Shown piece after piece: positions 11,814-24,694 of a stretch of DNA of 64,000 bases. Positions within the stretch are counted from its first letter, which is position 1; each line of letters opens with the position of its first letter. This DNA comes from Mustelus asterias (lineage: Eukaryota): positions 105,338,001 through 105,402,000 of the forward strand of contig NC_135810.1 in assembly GCF_964213995.1 (NCBI RefSeq). Reading direction: 5' to 3'. The translations under genes were made by a program, and so were the position numbers. The notes beneath the pieces were generated by a model, which saw only the letters and a list, made by a program, of their open reading frames with translations, did not search any database and was not told where the DNA came from.

Positions 11814-13702
11814 AGCAATGGTAATTCCGCTGAGGGCCACAGGGAACATTGTCCTGATGGTATTTGGAACTGCCACTTGTCAGCTCAAACTTGGAAATTA
11901 TTCAGGTCCTTCCTAGGACTGATACATTGTTAGAGGAATTATAAATGGAGCTGAAGACTGTACAATTAGCAGCAAATTGCCCTGATTTAACTTTATGATG
12001 GGAGGAACGATCACTCATAAAGCAAATAAAGATAGCTGGCCAGTGGATATCGAAAAGAGTACATTCTGGAAGAGACCACATTTTAATATACTTAATTGGC
12101 CATAAAGGGCTTTAGGGCATCCTGCAGTTTTGTTTAGGGCTGGACAAAAATTTTTCTTGACCATAAATTGCTTTTTTAAAAAAAATAATCAAATATTCCA
12201 ATTAGAGAGAAATTAGTTTAGAAAACACATTCAACCCTTGACACATGCAGCTGAGCTCAGAGCTAAACTGGTCGAGATGCAAATTCAGCACGGGTTCTTC
12301 AGTTCCATGGCTTTAATTTAAAATCACTAATCTCGCCTTTACTTTATTTTGTTGGCTTACATTATTACTGAATGCTATAATGGGCCTGTTATCCCAGCAC
12401 TACTTTCGGTGGTTTGAGGTAAATGAGGTTCGAAACAATCAAGAAAAACAATCTCCTTTATTTAAGTGATGGTAAATGAATTTCGCGATTTGACATAATC
12501 CAATCCCAAATGTTTAACAAGTGTTTCTACTGGTTATTCCTTATACAAAATAAGAAAATAAATGCATTCTGCGCTTCACAAATGGTTTTGTTTTTGGATT
12601 GTAGTTACTCTGACATTATTACATTTCAAAGCATACTTGCAAGATTTTGTTTTTATAAAATAAACACCTTTCTAGGTTACATTTACAATTCACAATGTAC
12701 AGAGGTTAATGAAAACATACACTTCAGCTGGCACCCGTAACAGAAACATTTTGGTCCTTGCGACAAAACTAATTATTGACACATCAGTAGATCGTTTTCA
12801 GAAATATTTATAGAATCCATAGAATCCCTACAGTACAGAAGGAGGCCATTCGGCCCATCGAGTCTGCACCAACCACAATCCCGCCCATACCCTATTCCCG
12901 TAACCCCACACATTTACCCTGCTAATCCCCCTGACACTAGGGGGTCAATTTAGCATGGCCAATCTAACGCACACATCTTTGGACTGTGGGAGGAAACCGG
13001 AGCACCCGGAGGAAACCCACGCAGACACGGGGAGAACGTGCTAACTCCACACAGAGAGTGACCCGAGGCCGGAATTGGACCGGGGTCCCTGGCGCTGTGA
13101 GGCAGCAGTGCTAACCACTGTGCCACCACTTAACCAAGATCAGACTTGTATAAATGTTTGGAGGTCTAGCGTATACCTCGACTTAATGAAAATTAATGCG
13201 GCTCTTGCAGGAGTGATGCAGGTTTATTCGAAAATTCATTTTTGATATAACTTTGACAGGAATAGTCACCATGTACTGAATTTTGCATCACCAAATACAA
13301 TGGCAGCATTTAGCACCCAATGGCATACTGTGGGGTAGGATGACAAAAATAAAATCACACTTCACAGGGCAGAAGAAGTCTTTAATCTCCAGGAAACAAG
13401 TTTCCCAGGCTAATGAAATGAGTCTCGAACATCAACAAAGGCACAATACCATGCAATTTTTAAGGGTACTGAAAATATACCCAGCATTGAAATATCATGC
13501 CACTTATATCGTTAGTGCTTTCAAAATTTGCAGTAAATTAAGGTCTGCATTACAGTTGCTAAGGCCTCAACACCGGAATATGTCCATGATTCCTGTATCG
13601 CGTTCACGATTCTTGTATTGTGTACATGATTCCTGTATATTGTAACTCCGAGTCAACAGCATATTCACATGTCCAAATAAAACAAAACTTTTGGTCCATC
13701 AA

Positions 13703-13937
13703 CTACTGTGCTTTCATCTTCCTGTCAGTCCTTGGCTCCCTCAGGAATGAAACGTACAGTTTAATCCAAGAGTAGGTAACGCCTAGCGAGCAGTATACGG
13801 AGATGAGCAACAGTGGCACAAAGGGGAATCTCTGCTGCCAGGGCGTTAGGGGATAGACGATCTCACAGATAACTTGCAGGGGAATTAGACCGCTGAGGTA
13901 GATGGATTCAGGCAGATTTAGAAGTGATCCCTCTTTC
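13703..13937 (-). CDS. ALG8: ALG8 exon 13 (last coding exon, 235 nt to TAG)
   Basis: KEGSLLNLPESIYLSGLIPLQVICEIVYPLTPWQQRFPFVPLLLISVYCSLGVTYSWIKLYVSFLREPRTDRKMKAQ*. The C-terminal lysines fit an ER-retrieval signal. The 13 exons sum to 1578 nt = 525 aa plus stop. Confidence 0.95.
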
Positions 13938-14544
13938 CTAGATAGGTAACAAGGTTAGTTAGATTTTAGTGGATTTACCATACATACTTTCTGTAAAATT
14001 CAATAAACTCAATGTTTGAAATTGAAAATATTTAAAAGGGATCTGGAAATTCTGTGGAAACAAGGTGAGGAAGATATTTCTAGTCAAGATGAAGTTCAGC
14101 TGACCCAGTAAGTGTCCACATTGCTTTAGCTACATTCAAGATGTGAAACCAAGACAAGCTACTGTGCCCCGTCAGAACGTTCTGGATAAATCTTTATTGA
14201 TCCAGGTAGCATATTATACTCCCATTGCATTAGTTTCCATCCAGAATAGTTATAAAAAGATATTGCTGTAGATATACAACAGAGAGCAATCAGCAACTGA
14301 AAGACAAGAGATTCTTTCGCTATGAATGCTAGCAGGCCTGCTGTACATTTTGAACAATTCCTGTTCTCTATAAAGAGCGATACTTGCTCGAATATTGTAG
14401 TGGAACAGCTCTTTGGAGCTCCACGAGCAATGGTACAGGCAATAAAATATGTTCCTTTGCCCCACCATGGGCTGTTTTAAGTTGTCCAGACTCTAGGCTG
14501 TGGAATTCACTGAAGCCTCTCCAGCCTTCAAACCAACAAAGATA

Positions 14545-14760
14545 AGAACAAAATACTGCAAATGGTGGAAATCTGAAATAAAACCAGAAAATGCTGGAAA
14601 AACGCAGCAGGCTGGCAGCATCTGTGAAAAGAGAAACAGAGTTAACATTTTGAATCCATATGCCTCTTCTGAAGTAGTCATGTGGACTTGAAACGTTGGC
14701 TCAGTTTCTCTCTCCACAGATACTGCCAGACCTGCTGAGCTTTTCCAACATTTTCTGTTT
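14545..14760. mobile_element. Older palindromic copy of the 62438 family
   Basis: cagaaaatgctggaaa...gcagcatctgtg and its inverse cacagatactgccagacctgctgag...cattttctg; centre retains gacttGAAAcgtt. Confidence 0.75.
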
Positions 14761-15971
14761 GATGGAGACTTTGACCATCTGTCCTAATAGTTCCTTCAGG
14801 AGCTCAAGTGTCAAACACTGTCAGCTAATATTCCTGGGAAAGGACTTGGGGTATTTTCCAGTTTCCAAAACTCAACTGTGTCATCAGGGAGTAAAGTCGA
14901 GTGGAGATTGGACACAAAGAACGAAGAACAGTACAGCACAGGAAACAGGCCCTTCGGCCCTCCAAGCCTGTGCCGCTCCTTGGTCCAACTAGACCAATCG
15001 TTTGTATCCCTCCATTCCCAGGCTGCTCATGTGACTATCCAGGTAAGTCTTAAAACACTTAAAACATTTATAGAATCATAGAATCCCTACAGTACAGACG
15101 GAGGCCATTTGGCCCATTGAGTCTGTACCGACCACAATCCCACCCAGTCCCCTATTCCCGTAACCCTCATTTACCCTGCTAATCCCCCTGACACTAAGGG
15201 GCAATTTAGCATTAGCCAATCAACCTAACCTGCACATCTTTGGACTGTGGGGAGAAACCAGAGCACCCGGAGGAAACCCACGCAGACACGGGGAGAATGT
15301 GCAAACTCCACACAGACAGTGACCCGAGGCCGGAAGTGAACCCGGATCCCTGGCACTGAGAGGCAGCAGTGCTAACCACTGTGCCACCCCCATTGGTGGG
15401 GCAGAAAGAGAAGAGGTGCCTGGATTAAGAACGGGCAGTGACAAAGATGAGGTGCAGTTCTGATGTACACTTCACTGAGGGATGGTGTGTAGCATGGGCA
15501 AACTAAGAGCATGGTATTAATAAAGGAAACCACTTAAAGAAAATAAATAAATGGATTGAGTTGACAAGTTTTTTTATTGGTGTAAGAAATCTCACTTCAG
15601 CCACAAAGTGACAAAAAAGAAAAGATTGTAAGGGAAGAAATCTTCAGTCTTAAATAAATTCTCTAACCCCTGTTTACTGTTTCATGTGGGGTTGTTCCAA
15701 GATGCATAGGAATGCGACCTACTGGTCATGCTACGGCAGTCCAAAAGAGAGGGACATTTGAGACTTGATTTGAAGGTTTCCAGGTGGTTAAAAATAAAAC
15801 TTTTACAAAACTAAGGAAGTAATTTCAACAAAACTCATCTCTCTCTGGACTGTTCTTCCCATTTAAACAGTAATTACAGTATTTAAATATTGTTAACGCA
15901 AACTATCACTGTTGCAATAGCAGAATGTTTCACATGGATTTCTAGGGAGGAATGAACGCATTTCAACTCAC

Positions 15972-16044
15972 CTGAACAAAGCTTGCAGAGCAGAGAAACT
16001 ATACACAGTGAACATCAGCATGAGGCAGATTTTGAGTGGCATCT
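15972..16044 (-). CDS. ALG8: ALG8 exon 12 (73 nt)
   Basis: (E)MPLKICLMLMFTVYSFSALQALF(R); ttatag| and |gtgagt. Confidence 0.94.
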
Positions 16045-17426
16045 CTATAAAGGATAAAAGATCAGTACAAAATCAAAAGCTTTGCACTGAATACAATGCA
16101 CGACATGCAAGATTAAATTCACCAATCCTACGCTGCCAGCAAGGAGTCACACTTGCATGGAACAAGCAAAGATGTGGCTAGGTCATCACAGCCTCACTTC
16201 TCTGCATGGCCAATGCACCTAACCAGCACGTCTTTCGGACTATGGGAGGAAACCGGAGCACCTGGAGGAAACCCACGCAGATATAGAGAGAATGTACAGA
16301 CTCCACACAGACAGTGACCCAAGCCAGGAATCGAACCCAGGTCCCTGGCGCTGTGAGGCAGCAGTGCTAACCACTGCGCCACCGGAAATTTATTCTAGGA
16401 TTCTCATTATAGTTTATAATTATGACGGACGTGGAAATGTTCTGGAATCAAAATGCTGAACAAGAGTACAAGTCAATGATAGGAACAGTTGTAGACCATT
16501 CAATCCCACAAGCTTATTCTGCCCATCAATTCATGCTTTAATCTCTTGATACTCTTACGCAACCAAAATCTATCAATCCGAGTCTTTACAGTTTCAAATG
16601 AGCCAGATTTCGGGGCAGTTTTGAAGGAGAGTTTTCACTATCCTCTGTGTGACAAAGTGCTTTCACTCCTACATGGCCTCACTCCAATGTTAAGGCAATG
16701 CTCCCTTGTTTTGGATTCCGTTATCAAAGGAAACGGTTTCTATGTATTTATCCTGTCAAATTCCTCCAGCATTTTAAAGCTTGATCGAGTGATCCCGAAT
16801 ACATAACGTGGCATCTTTAGGAAAAGGGAGAAAACACAGCAGTGTAAAGGAAAAATCCAACAATTGTCAAATGATTTTATAAACACCTCAATGAATCAGA
16901 CAATGCGTACATTTGTATTTTTGTTTTCTCTCCTGAAGGCACTGATATGTTGGGGCCAGCTCATCCTTGTAGCTAGACTTCGCTATTCAATATGATCACA
17001 GCTGATCCTCTCAACACCTTACTCCCACACTCTCCCCATATCCTTTGATACATTTAGAATTTAGAGACCGAATTATTTCCTTATTAAATACATTCAGTGA
17101 CTTGGCCTCCACAGCCGTCTGTGGTAGAGAATTCCACAGGTTCACCATCCTCTAGTGAAGAAATTTCTCCTCATCTCAGTCCTAAATAACCCGCCCTGTA
17201 TTATGAGACCATGATCCCTTGCTCTAGACCCCCTCAGCCAGAGGAACCAACATTGCTACATCCAGTCCTGTCAGAATTCTAGATGTTTCAATTAGGTCTC
17301 CTCACATTCTTCTAAATTCCAGTTAATAGAGGCCACAGTCAACCCAATCTCTCCTTATGCGAAAATTCTGCCATCCCAGGAATCAGTCTGATAAACCTTC
17401 ACTGCACTCCCTTTATGACAAGTATA

Positions 17427-19345
17427 TTGATTTGATTTATTATTGTCACATGTATTAACAGACAGCGAAAAGTATTGTTTCTTGCGCGCTATACAGACTA
17501 AACATACCGTTCATAGAGAAGGAAACGAGAGAGTGCAGAATATAGTGTTACAATCATAGCTAGGATGTAGAGAAATATCAACTTAATGCAAGGTAAGTCC
17601 ATTCAAAAGTCTGACAGCAGCAGGGAAGAAGCTGTTCTTGAGTCGGTTGGTATGTGACCTCAGACTTTTGCAGCTTTTTCCTGAAGGAAGAAGGTGGAAG
17701 AGAGTATGTCCGGGGTGCGTGGGGTCCTTAATTATGCTGGCTGCTTTGCCGAGCCAGTGGGAAGTGTAGACAGAGTCAATGGATGGGAGGCTGGTTTGCG
17801 TGATGGATTGGGCTACATTCACAACCTCTTATAGTTCCTTGTGGTCTTGGGCACAGCAGGAGGCATACCAAGCTGTGATACAATCAGTAAGAATGCTTTC
17901 TATGGTGCATCTGTAAAAGTTGTTGAGAGTCATAGTTGATATGCCAAATTTCCTTAGTCTTCTGAGAAAGTAGAGGCGTTGGTGGGCTTTCTTAACTATA
18001 GTGTCGGCATGGGGGGACCAGGACAGGTTGTTGGTGATCTGGACACCTAAAAACTTGAAGCTCTCGACCCTTTCTACTTCGTCCCCGTTGATGTAGACAG
18101 GGGCATGTTCTCCTTTACGCTTCCTGAAGTCGATGACAATCTTCTTTGTTTTGTTGATATTGAAGGAGAGACTATTGTTGCCGCACCAGTTCACCAGATT
18201 CTCTATCTCATTCCTGTACTCTGCCTCGTCATTGTTTGAGATCCGACCCACCACGGTGGTGTCGTCAGCAAACTTGAAAATCGAATTGGAAGGGAATTTG
18301 GCCACACAGTCGTAGGTGTATAAGGAGTATAGTCGGGGGATGAGAACACAGCCTTGTGGGGCACCGGTGTTGAGGATGATCGTGGAGGAGGTGTTGTTGC
18401 CTGTCCTTACTGATTGTCGTCTGTCAGATAGGAAGTTCAGGATCCAGTCGCAGAGGGAGGAGCCGAGGCCCAGGCCATGGAGTTTGGAAATGAGATTCAT
18501 GGGAATAATAGTGTTGAAGGCTGAGCTGTAGTCAATAAATAGGAGTCTGATATAGGTGTCCTTGTTATCTAGGTGTTCCAGGGTTGAGTGCAGCGCCAGG
18601 GAAATGGCGCCTGCTGTTGGCCTGTTGCGGTGGTAGGCAAACTGTAGTGGATTCAGGTAGTCCAGGAGGCTGGAATTGATTCGTGCCATGACTAGCCTTT
18701 CGAAGCACTTCATAATGATGGACGTCAGAGCCATAGTCATTAAGGCGCGCTGCTTGGTTTTTCTTAGGTACCGGGATGATGGTCGTCTTCTTGAAGCAGA
18801 TAGGGACCTCAGATTGTTGTAAAGAGAGGTTGAAGATGTCTGTGAATACCCCCGCCAGCTAATCCACACAGGATCTGAGTACACATCCGGGTACCCCATC
18901 TGGCTAGTCACTTTCCGTGGGTTGACCTTCAAGAAAGCTGCTCTGACATCTGCAAATGGTGACCCCAGAAACAGGTTCATCCAGGGCTTCCAGGGTGGAG
19001 TGCATGCTCTCGCTGACCTCTTGCTCAAAACGGGTGTAGAATGCATTGAGCTCATCAGGGAGAGGTGCGTTGGAGCCGGCGATTTTACATGCCTTCATCT
19101 TGTAGCCTGTTATGTCTTGCAGACCTTGCCATAGTTGGCGGGGTTCGGTGTGGCTAGCCTGGGACTCTAGCTTGGTCCGGTACTGTCTTTTGGCATCTTT
19201 GATGGATCTCCTTAGATCGTATCTGGCTTTCTTGTATAGGTCAGTGTCGCCTGATTTGAACGCCTCAGACCTGGACTTCAGCAAGTAGTGGATATCCCTG
19301 TTCATCCATGGTTTCCAGTTGGGGAACACACGGATTTGCTTCTTT
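17427..19345 (-). mobile_element. Rex1/Babar-type LINE (RT region, few frameshifts) nested inside an older CR1 (~16975-17426 and ~19346-19780)
   Basis: ORF 17829-19055 has [32 protein letters not shown] and [10 protein letters not shown]; tail (tcaaa)n. The CR1 sequence resumes on both sides. Confidence 0.9.
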
Positions 19346-20715
19346 GGTTTCTCAGGTAAGGAGACCAAAACTGCACAAAATACTTCAGGTGCGGTCTCAC
19401 CAAGGCTCGGTACAGCTGCAGCAAAACATCCTTGCTCCTGTACTCAAGTCCCCTTGCAAAGAAGACTGACATACCACTTTCCTTCCTAATTGCTTGCTGT
19501 ATGTGCATGCTTGCTTTCATTGACAGGTGTACTAGCTCACCCAGGTCCCTTTGTACGTCAATATTTTCCAATCAAACACCATTTAAACAATATTTTGCTA
19601 TTCTGTTTCTCCATCTGAAGTGAACAGCTTCACTTTTATCCACCGTATTTTCCCGCTCACCCGACAACTCTAAATCAACCTGAAGCCTCAACCTCCTCAC
19701 CACTGACATTCCCACTAAGTTTCATGTCATCAGCAAATTTGGAAATATTACTTTTGGTTCCCTCATCCAAATCATTGATGTAATCCTGGTTCTCTCTCAA
19801 AATTGATGCTTGCACATTTTCCAGTCGCATTGAATGGATAACAATGTGAAATGGGAACCCGAGCAATTTTCCCTTTCACCTACAGGAGGCCCTGATTATT
19901 ACTCCTATTTAAATCAGCTAACTCAACAAAGACTGGGAAGCTAGTCCAAGTGTTTATGGTGTGTGTCTACAGGTGGGTGGAACTCATTGCATAATGACCT
20001 GTGCACACAGAAAGAGACGCTCCCCTTTAAGGAGCTGTTAACTATTTAATTAATGTGTTTCATTGTTCTACTCAAAAGAGAATAATAAAACATTGCAGGT
20101 CTTCTGGTGCAATGATAGCATCCCTGCCTTTGAGTCAGTAACTCCAGATTAAAGTCCCATTCAAGGACTTGACAGTGTGTTCATAATGTGTTAACATTCA
20201 TAACAGGTTGAGTATCAATCTGCAAATCCTTCCATGGCAGCAGGCAGGTTTCCTGGTCAGACAAGTGATGGAAAGAAAGAAATTGGAGCTTCACCATTCA
20301 TAGCTCCTAACTACAACATGATTGTAAAAGTGTATGTTGCCACAGCATAGAATCATAGAATGCTACGGTGCAGAAGGAGGCCATTCGGCCCATCAAGTCT
20401 GCACAGACCACAATCCCACCCACGCCCTATCCTCATAACCCCATCTATTTACCCGAGCTAGTCCCCCTGACACTAGGGTCAATTTAGCATGGCCAATCCA
20501 CCTAACCCGCACATCTTTGGAATGTGGGAGGAAACCAGAGCACCCAGAGGAAACCCATGCAGACATGGGGAGAATGTGCAAACTCCACACAGACAGTGAC
20601 CCAAGCCAGGAAACGAACCCGTGTCTCTGGCGCTGTGAGGGAGCAGTGCTAACCACTGTGCCACCGTGCTGCCTAAACTCTGCAACTTGGACTCAATGGG
20701 GCATCCAATTCCTAC

Positions 20716-20944
20716 NNNNNNNNNNNNNNNNNNNNNNNNNNNNNNNNNNNNNNNNNNNNNNNNNNNNNNNNNNNNNNNNNNNNNNNNNNNNNNNNNNNNN
20801 NNNNNNNNNNNNNNNNNNNNNNNNNNNNNNNNNNNNNNNNNNNNNNNNNNNNNNNNNNNNNNNNNNNNNNNNNNNNNACACACAGACAACACACAGACAA
20901 CAGACAACACACACATACAACACACACATACAACACTACACACA
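20716..20944. other. Assembly gap (162 N, 20716-20877) followed by a degenerate (CA)n/(ACA)n microsatellite
   Basis: Run of N followed by acacacagacaacacac...; lies in ALG8 intron 11. Confidence 0.98.
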
Positions 20945-20978
20945 ATTTTGAAAATGTAAATGAGCATTTGATCTTTAC

Positions 20979-21076
20979 CTGGCCCTGTGAAGAGCAGCGG
21001 GAAGAGGGAAAGATGCCCTGTTGTTACTAAGATGAGATATGTTCCAGCATCTTTTCTGTTTTCCACAGCAAACAGA
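20979..21076 (-). CDS. ALG8: ALG8 exon 11 (98 nt)
   Basis: [32 protein letters not shown]; ccttag| and |gtaaag. Confidence 0.95.
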
Positions 21077-21392
21077 CTAAGGATTTAAAAGAAAAATACT
21101 GCAATATAAGACTAACTTCATTGGAACTGACTAAAACTCTGTTGTAACGGCTATTTTATTTACTTTATAGACTGACCAATTTACTCCAACACTACTGCAT
21201 ATTATGGGTTTGGAATCATGTATCTTGTTGGAAGAATATGTTCCAGCACCAGCTTTACTTAATGTCATGAGATAAGGATAACAGTCAGTTATTTTCTGAC
21301 ACATGTTAAAAATAATAGACAAGAAGAAATAAGTTTAAGAAAATAAATTTATAAAGTTTTGATATATTCAAAGGATTGCCTGAGTACTTTAC

Positions 21393-21692
21393 AAAGAACA
21401 ATACAGCCCAGGAACAGGCCCTTCAGCCCACCAAGCTTGTACCAATACCCGGTTTCTATCCCTCTGTTTGCTCCCCGTTCGTGTGTCTATCAAGATACAT
21501 CTTGAATGTTGCTAACGCGCCTGCTTCCTCCACTGGCAATGCATTCCAGACACCCACCACCCTGTGTGTGAAAAACTTGCATGTCTCCCCTAAACTTACC
21601 ACCTTTCATCTTAAACCCGTGTCCTCTTGTAGTCGACCCTTCCACCCTGGGAAAAAGCCTCGGACAATCCACCCTATCTGTGCCTCTCATAG
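21393..21692 (-). mobile_element. CR1 3' fragment
   Basis: TTRGHGFKMKGGKF remnant; 3' end aagaacaatacagc as at 29270. Confidence 0.8.
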
Positions 21693-23206
21693 TTTTAAAA
21701 AGAGCATCTTTGCCCTGTTAAACCGTACATGATGCTTACTTCTGATTTCACTTAAGATTCTGTAGGAGAAGGATCACCGTCTGCACTCTCATGTTATATT
21801 ATCACCTTCAGTTATTGCAAATCTCTTTCTACCATGATGAAAAGGGCAAAATAATTGCACCATTAAAAATAAATACCGTACTAAACCTAGGATTGTGCTT
21901 TTCAATAATCTTAGTATCTTAAATTGTAATACTAAATATATTAGCACATTTCAATTAACTTTGGGTGGTTGTAAGCACTCGTACTATTTCTTACAACCCA
22001 TCCAGGAAACACTTCTGCCCCGCAGTAACAATATTGATTGTACGGGTATATGGTTCCAGGGGTACTGGTGTTTTTCCAATACCTCAGCATATGTGCTTTC
22101 ATTACATGTAAGCGTAGACACTTGGATGGATGAACGGAAACGCATGGTTGGCTACATCAATGTCACAATTCCATTTCCCAAATCAGCCATGCATGTTTGG
22201 TGTCAAATTGTAAGAACATTAAAAACTGGGAGCAGGAGTAGGCCATCTGGCCCCTCAAGCCTGCTCCGTCATTCAATAAGATCCTAGCTGATCTTTTCAT
22301 GGACTCACCTTCACTTACCCGCCCGCTCACCGTAACCCTCAATTCCTTTACTGTTCAAAAATTTATCTATCCTTGCCTTGAAAACGTTCAATGAGGTAGC
22401 TTCAACTGCTTCACTGGGCAGGGAATTCCACAGATTTGACTTATCCATTCTACGAACTGGACTGAAGGTCCCAAACTCACTTCATGCATTTACTGCCAAG
22501 AGTGGGAAGAGACTTCCACCCGACTGGCACTCAAATCTAGGTCCCATAGTTAAAGGATAGAGTGCAAATCCAGGAGTGCCCAATCATTTGGCGAGCACCA
22601 CAGAGCCTCAAAGGTCACTTAACAAATTTGAAATCCATTTTTCCATTGATTAGCACATTGTCGTAGTTGTTAAATACTAATGGTAATGGACCTTATTCAC
22701 CAATGAGGCAACAAAGCTACTAACTGCTAAACTTCCAGCCCCACAAGACATAAATCATAGAATCCTACAGTGCGGAAGGAGGCCATTCGGCCCATCGAGT
22801 CTGCACCGACCACAATCCCACCTAGGCCCTATCCCCATAACTTACCCCAGCTAGTCCCCCTGACACTAAGGGACAATTTACCATGGCCAATCCACCTAAC
22901 CTGCACATCTTTGGACGAGTCAAACAAGATAAACAAGTCCAAACAGCAACAATAAAGTACAGAATAGAATTGAGGTGTTAGGACTTGCCAGTGGCTTGCG
23001 GCCCCTCCATGTTTGCAGTTTGAACACCCCTGTACTAACTCATTACCCCTTCCATCGCCGATGGACTCCTCACATCAAAATTTAATTCAATTACCGTTGC
23101 AAAATATTTCTGTTTCTGACAATGGAACACAATCCCCATTATTGATATTACAAAAAGTACTACAGTGATATTGAACAACATCACTAAGCTAACAAATTTA
23201 AGATAC

Positions 23207-23346
23207 CTCAAAGGTAGTATTGCGATGAGAATGGCCTTTTCATGCACATGCCAGCCAAACATGAACGACCCCAATGCACAAAGAATTAGGCACTGAAGGA
23301 ACCCTCTCGGTCCTCGAGGTCTTAGCCAAAGGTGGAGAATAGCAGG
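23207..23346 (-). CDS. ALG8: ALG8 exon 10 (140 nt)
   Basis: [46 protein letters not shown], containing the HVHEK motif. Confidence 0.97.
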
Positions 23347-23602
23347 CTTGAAATAAGAGAAATGGAAAAGTATAAGACCTTGGTTAATAATTGAAGCAAA
23401 AATCATTGAATATTCTCTGCTGGTCATTTTGCACACAATAAAATACTCACCCCAGCATTCAGCTTTAAACACAGTACAAAACTAGGAAACTCATCGCATC
23501 AAGTGAACATTACTATCTCTGCATCAACCAATGCCAAATATTAAACACCAAAGAATAGCAACTGAATCATGTTTCATTGAGAGAGTATGTGTTGGCACTG
23601 AC

Positions 23603-23742
23603 CATTATTGAGAGCAATGTACAGACCAATGTTGTGAAGGGTGACACAGAGGGGAGGACAGTGTGCTGGAACTCCTGCACTAAACCTCCTGTCATCGATG
23701 CCTTTGAAAGCCTGGCAGGATCCAGCAGTTGCAGCTTTACAT
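23603..23742 (-). CDS. ALG8: ALG8 exon 9 (140 nt)
   Basis: [46 protein letters not shown]; ctgcag| and |gtcagt. Confidence 0.95.
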
Positions 23743-23825
23743 CTGCAGCGGAAAATGAAAATTACCTCTCAGTTACTTGGAACATTAGCTGTTTGATAAA
23801 ATAATTTAATATGATAATTATAGAA

Positions 23826-24016
23826 ATAGCATCAGCAAATAGCGAGATAACTAACTGACAGCACCAGCAACTGGTGAGATAATTAACTTATAGCACCAGC
23901 AACTGGAAAGATAACTAACTTATAGCACCAGCAACTGGAAAGATAACTAACTTTAGCACCAGCAACTGGCGAGATAATTAATTTATAGCACCAGCAATTG
24001 GCGAGATAACTAATTT
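23826..24016. repeat. Minisatellite, 6 x ~32 bp
   Basis: Unit atagcaccagcaactggaaagataactaactt repeated head-to-tail in ALG8 intron 8. Confidence 0.93.
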
Positions 24017-24200
24017 CAAACTGGTAAATATCAGGACCATGAAAATATAATTTCCTGATTATTTGTTAGTTTTCAATGTTCAGATAAAGAATTAATTTCT
24101 CTTAACATCCAGTATTGACAGTTAAATATCTTACAGACTGGCACACTAAATATCATAGATGTCTATATATTAACGTTTGATGAATGTAACTAGACCATAC

Positions 24201-24321
24201 CAATGACAGATAATACTTTGTCCACCACATTGTACAAAGCCCAGAAATTTGGGGCCCAATATGCATGACAGAGTCCTCGCTTGAAGGGGAAAAGTCGCGC
24301 AAACACTTGAGGCAGCTGACC
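24201..24321 (-). CDS. ALG8: ALG8 exon 8 (121 nt)
   Basis: [40 protein letters not shown], containing the conserved RLFPF.RGL motif. Confidence 0.97.
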
Positions 24322-24694
24322 CTGAGAAAGAAAGAAACATCTATTAACAAACAGCTTGGGGAATTCTGTACTTACGTACATTTTCTGCAGTGGCATATTT
24401 TTAAGTAAGGGCCTGGTATATTACTTGGTGTGTGAAATCTTAACACTTATTTTAAATTATTACTTATTTTCAAACTAACCAAATGCTGATATTCAGCTCA
24501 ATATGGGGAGGGGGGTAACCACTGACGAGGAACTCAAATGCCCTTCATCCAATATGTGAGGATATATTGGGCTTGGCATGGACGGACAGTAAATGTCAGA
24601 AAATGTGAAAGAGGTTGACTCTTTGTGGCAAATGTTTTTGGGTCATCTGTCTTCTTCATAATGCTATTAGGTCATCTTACCCTGCCAGGTTGTT

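Noticed and set aside
12340-13230. Exact ALG8 polyadenylation site
   Set aside because: Several minus-strand AATAAA candidates (~13223, ~12457, ~12343) cannot be ranked without 3'-end data, so none is called.
20479-21066. ORFs spanning the poly-X tract
   Set aside because: Artefacts of the N gap; only 20979-21076 is real coding sequence (ALG8 exon 11).
21077-23206. ALG8 intron 10 as a second U12 intron (donor GTATCTTAA)
   Set aside because: The donor deviates from RTATCCTT, there is no CCTTAAC branch sequence at the right distance, and a normal pyrimidine tract is present. Probably U2-type.
23826-24016. CRISPR-like array (32-bp repeats with an internal palindrome)
   Set aside because: Units are head-to-tail with no unique spacers, there are no cas genes, and the context is a eukaryotic intron. 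It is a minisatellite.
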